DNA from: Octopus vulgaris
Lineage: Eukaryota
Direction of reading: 5' to 3'
Length of the DNA stretch: 64,000 nucleotides
Assembly (NCBI GenBank): GCA_951406725.2
Contig: OX597814.1
Span: 67,890,001 to 67,954,000 of the forward strand
In this document: positions 1 through 11,110 of the stretch, one piece after another
How positions within the stretch are numbered: the stretch's first letter is position 1
How the letters are laid out: each line of letters opens with the position of its first letter
Translations under genes and position numbers: made by a program
The notes under the pieces: generated by a model
Database searches by the model: none
The model's input: only the letters and a program-made list of their open reading frames with translations
What the model was told of the DNA's origin: nothing

Positions 1-1404
1 TTAAGTGAACTAAGTCAACGAAAATGAGGTTAAGTATTTGTGCCCGAGCGCAGATTCGCAGTCTACTCATCCTACTGCAACAGCAACACCTCCGCTCACT
101 GGAAAATGTACGCTGAATGTCAAATGGGAGCATCCTGAAACACTTGGTGTGTGGTGAACCGAGAAACATTAAGTCTCGTTACGACAACATCCAAAAATGA
201 AAGAACATTGTTGATGATTGCTCCAGTTGGTTGCTAGAACTAGAAGAGGGTCTAAAAAGATGAGAGAGGTGGGTGCGGCTTGCCTATGAAGAAAAGCAAA
301 CGCGTTGAAAAAACACCACCTTCGAATGCTGTCAGCACAGCCAGAGCTGTAACTCACATGTAAGCCTCTATAGTCACAACAAAAGTTTCTCTACCAACTA
401 TTCCAGGGTAGATCCATAATCTTGCGAGACATATACGTTTATGTGCGTGTGTGCATGTGTATGTGTGTGTTTGTATGTGTGAGTGTGTGTGTGCGTGCGC
501 GTGCGCGCGTGCGTATGTGAAAAAGAAACGAAAATGAGCTAAGAAAGTGATCATGCTGGAAGTGCAGAAAGGTTTTTAAAATTTTATCCTGTATGGCATT
601 TGATATAATCTTATTTTAGTGTTAATCATCATAAATGTCATCTATCATTTTTTTTTGTATGTCTAAGCATCTCATTCTGCTGGAGACAAGGTAGACCAAC
701 TGTTTTTCTGATGACTCCCTTTTAAAGCAGAAAGTGTCCACATGTCTCCTGCAAATGTCTTTTCTTACTTGCAAATCCATTTTGGAGAATTTTTGAATTT
801 TTTATCTTTTTTTTTTCATTATCCTCCTTTTTCATATATATATAAAAAGGACGAACAACGGTATATTAAACACATGATAGAATTCTTAACTTATTTGAAA
901 TCATCTCTGCTGCGTGAGAGATTTGAACAATCGCTTGGTTGCAATTAGCTCCATCCCGATATGAGATGGTCCTAATTGCAACCAGGTTAGAAGGTTTCAA
1001 ACTATCAACACTTATACTGAGTTATAACAACACCATCAGTTGACTGCATATGAGTAAATACCACGCGCGAGCATTTAAGTAAGAAAGAAAAAAATGCATA
1101 AACACTAAAAACATCATAAAAGAAAAACATAGTTCTAAAATCTCTAATTTCTAACCTCAGTTGTGCAACACAACAGTGGAATAGGGATTCTAAGATTCCT
1201 TGGTTTCCGCGAGGGACGAGCATGAATCAGAGATTAGACTGAGTTGAGTGGAAGTGGGGGTAGCTGTATGTTCTGGGAATATTTCTGATAAGAATGCAGA
1301 ATGAGAACAAGGTTGAAAAAAGTTTCAGTTTGAAATGCGATAGGCAAGAAAAATAGATAGATAAATCGTTGACTATAACAAGCAGGCTTTGAATTCTGTA
1401 TTAT

Positions 1405-1715
1405 ATATATGGTAAGTAGCTTGTTTACCAACCACATGGTTCCGGGTTCAGTCCCACTGCGTCGCACCTTGGGCAAGTGTCTTCTACTAAAGCCTCGGGC
1501 CGACCAAAGCTTTGTAAATGGATTTGGTAGACGGAAACTGAAAGAAGCCCGTCGTATATATGTATATATATGTATATGTGTGTGTGCGTGTATGTTTGTG
1601 TTTGTCCCCCTAGCATTGCTTGACAACCGATGCTGGTGTGTTTATGTCCCCGTCACTTAGCGGTTCGGCAAAAGTGACCGATAGAATAAGTACTGGGCTT
1701 ACAAAGAATAAGTCC
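1405..1715 (+). mobile_element. tRNA-derived SINE with CORE-like segment (cephalopod-type)
   Basis: B-box-like GGGTTCAGTCCC near 1444, CORE-like CCTTGGGCAAGTG, internal (TA/TG)n and a 3' segment GATAGAATAAGTAC. Homologous copies at 2990-4470 (-), 15400-15610 (+) and 51335-51730 (-). Confidence 0.8.
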
Positions 1716-1863
1716 TATTGCTCCTATTTGTCGGTTTTCTTTCGATTTAATGGACTTTCAGCATTAACAGCGTTACAATCGAGTGAGTTGCCTCACGAGC
1801 GTGCATGTGTGTACACATGTATATATAAATTTATGCATCCATGTGTGTGTAGATATAGATAGA

Positions 1864-1943
<80 letters not shown>

Positions 1944-2113
1944 GATAGATAGCAATGTATAAAATTTTGCAGATGACATTTGGAAAATTCGTCCCAAATT
2001 CAATGAAATATGAATATTTTCTTAATATTTATATATTTACATAGTGCAAATTTTAACTCAGTAGTTTTAATACCCAATTCCACATATCACGCCTTTATTT
2101 CAATTTTTTTTTC

Positions 2114-2177
<64 letters not shown>

Positions 2178-2551
2178 TATGTTATATAATGAAATTCGAT
2201 CTGCCATTATAAATGCAAATACAAACTCCTCACTTCTATACAAATATGCACAGATCTAAATCAGTAAAAGAGATGTATAAGATGAAATGTAACATTACAA
2301 CCCTGCGCCAAAAATTTCTTACTATATATGCGAGTGCCACTATATAGTTATCTGTTTAATTATATGCCTAACTCACAATGGCTAGAGAATGAATAAGAAC
2401 TTTTCTCATGAAACCATAGGAATATATATGTACATTATTTATAGATACTCTACAGCTACCTACCTACCTACCTACCTACCTACCTACCTACCTACCTACC
2501 TACCTACCTACCTACCTATCTACATGCCTGCATACATACATGTAAACATAC

Positions 2552-2608
<57 letters not shown>

Positions 2609-2989
2609 TGAGTGTATTTTTACCTTGTTAACAATTAACACGGAAAAAATAAATAAATAGTTACCAGGGTAGCAAAAATCTCACAAGAGGTTGTAACTCC
2701 TTGTTTATAAAGGTAGAAACTTCGTGTTTACGAGGTATATTTTGAATAATATATGAATAAATAAATGGAGTTTAACGTAGGTGTAACTCAAATATTTTTT
2801 ACTTTCGACACATGTTTCGAAAATTCCACTGGTGGGTAAAAGGTCGGATACGTTTTGAATGCACCTCATATATATACATAATTAATTGAGATTACAGGCG
2901 TTTCACAAGAATCCAGAGTTTCGTGTCAATACTCTTGATACAGAATTCTGCTTTTGATAAGTAAATATCTCTAGGCCCTTTTATCTTAT

Positions 2990-3700
2990 ATTTGTTTCCG
3001 TCACTGGACTGCGGTCACGCTGGGGCACCGCCTTCAAGTGTTAAGTTGATCCCAGTACTTTTTAGTTTTAAATCTGGTACTTATTATATCGCTCTCGGAT
3101 CTTTTCTATTCTGAAGCCAGTTTTTTCAAATTTTTCCTACTGAACCAAACAATTTGAAACTTCGTATACTGGTAGAATGTGTCAAAAGTAAACTTAATTG
3201 TAAACCAGAATGAAAACGGAATTGTAACTTCTAAGTTTAATGTTGTTTAATAATTAGAATTTTAACCAATGATATTCCGTCATTCGGCTTTATTTTATTT
3301 ACTCCGTCTCGACCACCAATTTCGTGACGTATTAAACAATGTAAACAAGCTATAGTCAGCCACCTTCTAATAACAAAAGTTTGTCTTTGAAGTTACCGTC
3401 TAGGGGAAGCATTGATGTACATGTGTGTGTGTGTGTGTGTTTGATGGGGTGTGGGAGACAGTATGTTGTGTAAGTGAAGTGCTTCTGTTAGTGTGTGTGT
3501 GAAGAGACAGAGAGATAACTGAAATTTTTTACTCGGTGTATGTGTATATGCCTGAATGTATGTGTGTATGTATCTGTGTATGTGTATGTATGTATGTATG
3601 TAAGGCCGATTCAATGTAATTTTTTACACATACTTACACACACACACACACATACATACACACACACATGCAGACATACATATACACATACACCGAGTAA

Positions 3701-3757
<57 letters not shown>

Positions 3758-4470
3758 TTTATAAAAATATGGTAAAGTAAAAAAATTACTTAACCACACA
3801 CCGAGCTTTTTAGAAATAGCAGCCAAAAATTTCTCAACTGCAAGAAAAAGTCTCCCAGACAATGCATACTCAGAAATAATTCACATACGTATAAGAGAAA
3901 AACAACGAAAAATCACATGGATTCTCCGATATATGTTATAAAAATATGGTAAAGTAAAAAAATTACTTTACCACACACAAAGCTTTTTAGAAATAGCAGA
4001 CGTCACAAAACTGCTTTCAACGTCACACTAACAGATCGCAGTAACGTTTTAGATATGAAAACAAGCAATCTCATTGGTTAAAATTCGCAGTTTTAATCTA
4101 CGATTAAAGTCATAAAATAGATTTTTCTCAAATAAACTAGTTCCAACTGGCGAATAAACTAGTTCCACTCTATGAGTACACAAAGTTTCAAATTATTTAG
4201 TTAACTAGAAAGATCTGGGGTCCTGGCCACAAATTTGAAAAGATCCTCGCTAAGTTATGGGAATGTAAATATACCAATACCGGTTGTCAAGCAGTGGTGG
4301 GACACAAAACGTATGCAAAGAAAAACACAGAAACACATATATACATATATACAATGAAGTTCTTTCAGTTTCCGTCCCCCAAATCTACTCACGAGGCTTT
4401 GGTCGGGCTATAGCAGAAAACACAAGACTAAACCCAGGACTATGTGGTTTGGAATCAAACTTCATGCTAC
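2990..4470 (-). mobile_element. SINE copy interrupted by a TIR element (3097-4246)
   Basis: 2990-3096 matches the reverse complement of the SINE 3' part. The sequence resumes at 4247 (GCTAAGTTA...CCGGTTGTCAAGC...GGCTTTGGTCGG), collinear with the 51335-51730 copy. Confidence 0.7.
3097..4246. mobile_element. Non-autonomous DNA transposon (MITE-like) with GGATCTTTTC TIRs
   Basis: Starts GGATCTTTTC (3097) and ends GAAAAGATCC (4246). TC dinucleotide on both flanks; splits a SINE; no ORF. Confidence 0.65.
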
Positions 4471-5106
4471 ACAAACACACGTATATATATATATATATAT
4501 GTATGTATATATATCCTATATTCTACCAATACCACTATCAACACTTACCTCTACCTTGGATTTTCTTTACCTCTTGGATACTTACCATTGGCTGCACCTC
4601 TCTTTCGCGGATCAAAGTGACTTTGCATTGATGTGAAATCCTTAAAAAATATACCACGACGTCTACACATTTCTCACCTTGAACTTTCAACCTTGAACTT
4701 GTTCGCATAAACTGTCCCGTTTGTTGTATTTTTATTTTCTCTTATATTACCACTTTTTTTACATTCATTTCATGTTTCCCACATTTTCCTGAATTTTTGT
4801 TCTCCTTTCCGTCTTTCTTCCCTCTCTGGATGTCCATACTCCGTTTCCTCTGCCTGCACCCCCCTTTTTTTTGCCTCCCCCTCTCTCTGCTTCCCTTCTT
4901 TCTTTCCCTTTTCCGTTTGCCCCGTCTTTTATGCCCCTATCGCTTACTTATCTAGTTTTTTCATACGATTATTATTTTTTTGTTTTTTTGAACGTTTGTT
5001 TTTTCCCCTTTTTTCGCTATCCCTTTTTTTCTATTTTTTTCATACGATAATTTTTGTTTTTTGTTTTTTTTTGTTTTTTCGAACGTTTTTTTTCCGCTAT
5101 CCCATC

Positions 5107-8004
5107 ATGCCGGATCCTAGGTCCTACCTCCTCACCCTCCATCACCGTTTGAAGGATCATCTACGTTCGCTTCCTGTATATTGCCTTCAGCCGTCCGTTA
5201 ATCTCTCTCTACTTCTTTTTAAAAAAAACCGCTTCTCTAGCCATGTCTCTTTCCTAAGCCGCTGCCTACATCACCGACTCATCCCTAAAGGTTTCCGCCT
5301 CCACTTCCACCCTGCTCTCCACTCGGATTCTTCCATCTTACCCATACTCCGCACCACATCTTACCGCCTTATGCGGGCCACCATTCGCTCCAATCTCTCC
5401 AAACTACATGCCATCAACCGCCTTCTTCCTCCTGCTTTCTCCACCTTCTTCTCCTCTCTGCCGCCTCTCTATGCTCCAAACACGCTACGCTTCATTATCC
5501 ATTTGAATCAACTCTTCCATCAATTTCTTTCTGATACCAAACTTCGTAAACTCCAATCACTCTTCCATTCCACCCTACCCGACGCCACTACCCCAACTCC
5601 TCCACCACCCTTCTCCCCTCCCGATAGGCTACATCCACCCACACCTAACCCCACTGCCCCTCCCTACAACCCCTTCTCCCCTCCCGTTAGGCTCCATCCA
5701 CCTACACCTAACCCTACTGCCCCGCCCAACCACCCCCACACACCTCCCCAATCCCTCCCCCTCAGACCTCCACGAGACCTACCACCCCTCCTACTTCTAT
5801 TCCACCCACCCCTTCTCCACTTCCGTCTGTTGTTACCATTCCCCCCGATCTTCCCCTCTCTGCGGCTGAACGCTCCGTCCTTGGTAGGGGTCTGCGTTTC
5901 ATCCCCCTCACTCCATCCTGTAAGGAATTCCAGACGCGAGTTGATGTCCACAGCTTTGTGCGCCGTGTCCGGTTGGGTGCGCATTACCACGACTCGCCAC
6001 CCACACCCAACGAAGAGGACGACTGCTTCACTGGCCTCGGCCGCCGACCATCCCCGTGGATGCCTGCCCCTGGCCAGATCCTAGCAGTGGATCTTTTCGC
6101 GGGCGCTTGTCAGCGTGCATTGGAGCGGTTCAACTTCTCCAGGCGCCAACGCCGCCTCAATATCTCCCCGGCTGAGCTCTTGGCTCTTCGTTCCCTCCAA
6201 CGGCGCGCTGACATTATCATCAAACCGGCTGACAAGGGTGGAGCTGTAGTGGTGTGGCGCGCGGACCTCTATAGGGCCGAGGCTTTCCGCCAACTCAATG
6301 ACACCTCCTTCTATTCCCCTCTGCCCTCTAACCCCACACGTAGCTACCAACAGACGGTATCCTCTACTGTCCAAGACCTCATCTCGTCCTCCCGTCTCCC
6401 CCGCACCGCATCCAACCTAATTGTGCGAACCCCACGTACCCCCACCATTTACTTCCTCCCCAAAATCCACAAACCCAACAACCCTGGCCGCCCCATCGTC
6501 TCCGCCTGTAACTGCCCCACGGAGCTCATCTCTAAATACCTCGACCGTGTCCTTGCCCCCTAGTGGCATCTCTTCCCTCCCACATCCACGATACCAACCA
6601 TGCTCTCCGGCTTTTCAACTCTTTCTCCTTTCCTCCCGGCTCCTCCAAAATCCTTTTTACTATGGACATCCAAAGCCTCTATACTGTTATCCCTCACCAC
6701 GAAGGACTGCAGGCCCTTCGACACTTTCTTGACCTCCGCTCTAACCCTGTACCTGACACCTCCACACTCATTCGTCTGGCCGAACTTGTCCTTACTCTGA
6801 ACTGCTTCTCGTTCGAGGGCGAGTTCTACCATCAGGTCTCGGGAGTGGCCATGGGAACGCGAATGGGCCCCAACTATGCGAACCTGTTCGTTGGCTATGT
6901 TGAGGCCCAAATATTCTCTAATTTCACTGGTCCCACTCCTGAACTATATGGTCGTTATATTGACGACATTATCGGTGCCACCTCACTCTCCCGCGAACAT
7001 CTAGATTCCTTCCTCTCTTTCGTCCAATCTTTCCATCCAGCCCTCCACTTCACTTCCACTATCTCCAACACCTCTGTCTCCTTCCTCGACATTTCGGTTA
7101 GCATTCTTCACTCCACTCTTACCACCTCCATTCACTACAAACACACAGACTCACACTCATACCTCAACTTCTCTTCCTCCCACCCAGAACACACCAAGCT
7201 TTCCATCCCCTATTCCCAATTCCTCCGTCTACGTAGGTTCTGTAGTGACGACCATGACTTTGAGACTCAGTCTCAACGTATGGCTCACCCTACGTGGATA
7301 CCCCCTCACCACTATCCACACCGCCCTTGCCAGAGCACGGTCCGTGGACCGTGTATCTGCTCTCTCTCCCGAACCCGCCCTGTAGTCTCCCGCCTCCCTT
7401 TTCCCCTCACTTACCACCCCACGACCCTACGTCTCCAACGCACCATTCTTCGAGCTTTCCGTCATCTCCAGTCCGACCCGTCCACTTCACACCTCTTCCC
7501 TAACCGACCCCTCCCCTCTTTCAAACGAGCCCACAACCTTCGAGACCTTTTGGTCCATAGCTCCTTCCCTGACCCTACCTCCCAACCCGGCTCGTTCCCC
7601 TGCTCCCGCCCACGTTGCCGCACTTGCCCTTACCTCTCCAACACCACCCGCCTCACTAGCACCCACCATCGACCCTATCCCATCATCCACTCCTTCACCT
7701 GCACCTCCAGCAATATTATCTATTGCATCTCTTGCTCTCTCTGCAATTCCTTGTACATCGGACAAACGGGACGCCGCTTGGCTGACCGGTTCGCGGAACA
7801 CCTTCGTGACATCCACCTTGCGAACGACACACCGGTCTCACGCCATTTCCGCTCCACCGGTCACTCCTTGCAACACCTATCTGTGTTCGGTTTGTCCTTA
7901 CACAGAGGCCATCCGGATTCCCGTTTGCGCCGTGAACAGGAATTAATCTTCTCTCTTCGCTCTTATACGCCATTTGGTCTCAACTCTCCCCCCTCCTCAT
8001 CTAA
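5107..8004 (+). pseudogene. Penelope-like element (Neptune-like) RT + GIY-YIG endonuclease ORF, frameshifted
   Basis: Motifs IIIKPADKGGAVVV, YFLPKIHK..PGRPIVS, MDIQSLYT, GVAMGTRMGPNYANLF, YGRYIDD (RT), C-rich linker CSRPRCRTC and NIIYCISC..C..LYIGQT..RLADRFAEH (GIY-YIG). Frameshifts near 5790, 6560, 7290-7365 and ~7990. Confidence 0.95.
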
Positions 8005-8329
8005 CCCCCTCCCCCCTCCTCACCTATCCTTTCTCCCCCGACCCCTACTTCTTCAGTCCTTCATCCTTTCACCCCTACTCCCCTTCCCTTCTTCCCTCTT
8101 TCTCCCTCCCTCTTCCCCTTCCCTCTGCTCCCTCACTCCCTCTCTCCCCCTCTCCCTCTTTCCCCATCCTCCCCCTCCTCCCCTTCCGTCTCCCCCATCC
8201 TCTCCTCTTCCCCCTTCTCCTCCCCCTCTTCTTCCCCTCGCCTTCTCTCCCCCTCTTCTCCCCCTCCCCCTCTTCTCCTCACTACACCACATGACTTTAC
8301 ACATCACATCACATATGATGTGCCATACT

Positions 8330-8660
8330 AATACACACACCAACTAATATATACTAATACGTACTAATACATACCAGTACATACTAATACTTACACCAAC
8401 CCTATACATACACACGTCCAGACCCCGCATACGCACTTATACTCTCTCACACACACACACACACACCTATACATACCAATACGTACTAATACATACTAAT
8501 ACATACTAATACATACACCAACCCCATACATACGCACGTCCAGACCAATCTTACGCACTAATACTCTCTCATACACACACACACACACACACCCTTATAC
8601 ATACTAATACATACACCAACCCTATACATACACACATCCAGACCCCTCCCACGCACTTTT
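8330..8660 (+). repeat. ~125-bp imperfect tandem repeat (about 2.5 copies) in PLE 3' region
   Basis: Recurrent ACACCAACCC(T/C)ATACATAC...GTCCAGACC...ACGCACT units near 8394, 8515 and 8614. Confidence 0.7.
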
Positions 8661-8829
8661 AGCTGGTCCCTCAACCCTTTTATCAACCGTATTATCTCCC
8701 CTTATTTCGCTCTCGCGTCTCATGTTTGATCTTTGACCTCTGGCCGAAATCAGATCGCCATGTTGATTCGTTAGCTACTGCACGCATTTTTTTTCTCTCC
8801 TTCTTTCTGTGTTTTTCTCTCTCTGTGTA

Positions 8830-8867
8830 TCTTTCTGTTGAAGAGCGTAGGCTCGAAACGTTAAAGA
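8830..8867 (+). ncRNA. Minimal type-I hammerhead ribozyme motif in PLE 3' pseudo-LTR (A6U variant)
   Basis: TCTTT-CTGTTGA-A-GAGC(GTAG)GCTC-GAAA-CG-TT-AAAGA: helix I TCTTT/AAAGA, helix II GAGC/GCTC, palindromic ACGT helix III. Minimal HHRs in PLE pLTRs are established. Confidence 0.7.
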
Positions 8868-8981
8868 CTTGTTTTATTTATATTTATATTTATTTATATT
8901 TCCTGAGCGCCATACTAATACAATTGTTCGTTTGTTTTCCACCTGCCTTCGTCTTTTGTTTATTTTCATAAAGCTTCCCGT

Positions 8982-9013
<32 letters not shown>

Positions 9014-9201
9014 AACACACACACATGCACACACACACATACCTATATATAGTAAATAATTCACGAGAAAATATTTGTGAAGATATCACTGACTCTATTA
9101 TTATCTAGTGTAACAATTTAAAAATGTTAATATCAGAATTAATAATATAGTTGATTGCAGACCCCCAAAATGTAATTAAATAGCTGAAAGATTAAAATAA
9201 A

Positions 9202-9291
9202 TCAGAGGACATACTAAGTATGTCTACCTACTAGTAATAACAGGCAAAACTCTTATTTCCAGCAGATAAACATACTGAGTATGTCCTCCGA
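9202..9291. mobile_element. 90-bp hairpin MITE with TAAA target-site duplication
   Basis: Arms TCAGAGGACATACTAAGTATGTCTA and TAAACATACTGAGTATGTCCTCCGA are near reverse complements. TAAA at 9198-9201 and 9292-9295. Confidence 0.6.
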
Positions 9292-9297
9292 TAAATA

Positions 9298-9385
<88 letters not shown>

Positions 9386-9411
9386 AAAAAAGCAACAAGA
9401 ATGGATTAAAA

Positions 9412-9499
9412 TCTCGGTACGATCGTTTCGTACGAGGACATCTTTAATAAGCTACAAAAAATGCAGTGAATACAGATGGCTCGTATTCGTCAGCCGAAA
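9412..9499 (-). ncRNA. Type-I hammerhead ribozyme with long helix II (copy with A10.1-C11.1 mismatch)
   Basis: Reverse complement reads TTTCGG-CTGACGA-ATACGAG...CTCGTAC-GAAA-CGATCG-TA-CCGAGA. Confidence 0.75.
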
Positions 9500-10741
9500 A
9501 TATCAGAGAATTCCCAAACATCAAAAGGGGTAGATATACTCCTACATAGTATATATTTAACTAGAAAGATAAGTTCTAACTAGATATGATTATAATTTTT
9601 TCTCTCTCTGATGGTACTATTTGATACTTATTGACTTAAATTATTTATTTGATTTGTTTCTATTGGACCATATTATTAATAAATTAATTTTATCTCCATT
9701 TCTTAGTCTATTTTTTATCCCATTACAAATTTTAGTTAGTTAATTCTCTTAATTTCTTTTTTTAAACTTTTAAAATTAATTTCTGCTAATACCAGACCTA
9801 TCATAGTGTATTGTGATGTGATATAATTTATCAAAATAATATAATATAATATAGTGTAGTGTATTATAGTTTAGTATAATAATAATATAATTGTTTAATT
9901 TAAGATTTTCATTTAATAACATTATGTATGTTTTATAGTTTAGTATAATATTAATATAATAGTTTAATTTCATTTAAAAACAACCCCATTTTTCTTTCCT
10001 TTCTAATGACCTCTCTGTAACCTGACAATCTATTAATAGTAACATTTATGAATAAAGAAATAAATTGTTGACTTCAGTTCGAAATTGTTCCAAACAAACT
10101 TAGACTTTTTTGTTAGTATCAAATTGTGCCCATCCCCTTAGCTTCCCCTTTCCTTTCTCTTTGACATCTTAAATAGCAGTAACTGATTAAATTCCTACCC
10201 CTTCCTCCTATTTCTGTGATTCTTGAATATTTCATTAACTACCTGAACCACTACAATATAAGGCTGTCATTTTTGCTTCTCATTCGGACTCCCTAATATT
10301 TTCGCATGATTGTACCTTAAATCCCTCCACAAAACCGGATTACGAACTATAAGGACATACACAAATTTTGTAAGTTCAAGACTTTTTCATCAGATCTCCA
10401 AAAAAATCGAACTTATCTGCGATTCTTGTTAATTTCAATAACAATCTGTTCTTCTACACGACATGACAGTCACTATGTTTTTACTCAGACTTTCCTCTAC
10501 ATGATGTGGCAGTCACTTTGCCTCTTACTCGGATTTTCAGAAATTTTGCATGTCTGTATCCGAAAATTTCTTCATACAACTTGATCAAATATCCAATATG
10601 AACTATATGTAGACATGCATAAATTCTATAGGTTTAAAACCTTTCATCAGATCTCCATGAATCGAACTTTCTTCAATGCAGTTAATCCTACAACCTCTTT
10701 TATATCTACCCCTTTTGATGTTTGGGAATTCTCTGATATTT

Positions 10742-10829
10742 TTTCGGCTGACGAGTACGAGCCATCTGTATTCACTGCATTTTTTGTAGCTTATTAAAGA
10801 TGTCCTCGTACGAAACGATCGTACCGAGA
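10742..10829 (+). ncRNA. Type-I hammerhead ribozyme with long helix II, canonical core
   Basis: Helix I TTTCGG/CCGAGA; core CTGACGA 10748-10754; helix II GTACGAG/CTCGTAC extended by CATCT/AGATG and CTGCA/TGTAG; GAAA 10812-10815; palindromic helix III ACGATCGT; predicted GUA cleavage after 10823. Confidence 0.88.
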
Positions 10830-10976
10830 TTTTAATCCATTCTTGTTGCTTTTTTCCTATTTATAATCACCCCACTTGTCGTATGGCTAACACCATATCG
10901 ATATCCGGTGCATCCTAGTTAAGGACCATATTCATGTGAATTCTTTAGAATTCACTAGAATCTCAATTACTTAACC

Positions 10977-11038
<62 letters not shown>

Positions 11039-11062
11039 CTATGTGTGTGTGTATATATGTAC

Positions 11063-11110
<48 letters not shown>

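Larger units (their letters stand above)
9381..10977. mobile_element. ORF-less element with ~160-bp inverted repeats each carrying a hammerhead ribozyme, embedded in (TA)n
   Basis: 9381-9538 is the reverse complement of 10701-10860 except for one substitution and a 2-nt indel. (TA)n flanks both sides. The architecture resembles a non-autonomous PLE with an inverted pLTR. Confidence 0.8.

Noticed and set aside
4996-5106. Phe-rich N-terminal extension of the 362-aa ORF as a signal or membrane segment
   Set aside because: T-rich low-complexity 5' UTR with a TTG start; the plausible PLE start is the ATG at 5107.
8005-8347. Pro/Ser/Leu-rich C-terminal tail of the 594-aa ORF
   Set aside because: Read-through into a polypyrimidine 3' UTR caused by a frameshift; the second copy stops at LNSSPFFI*.
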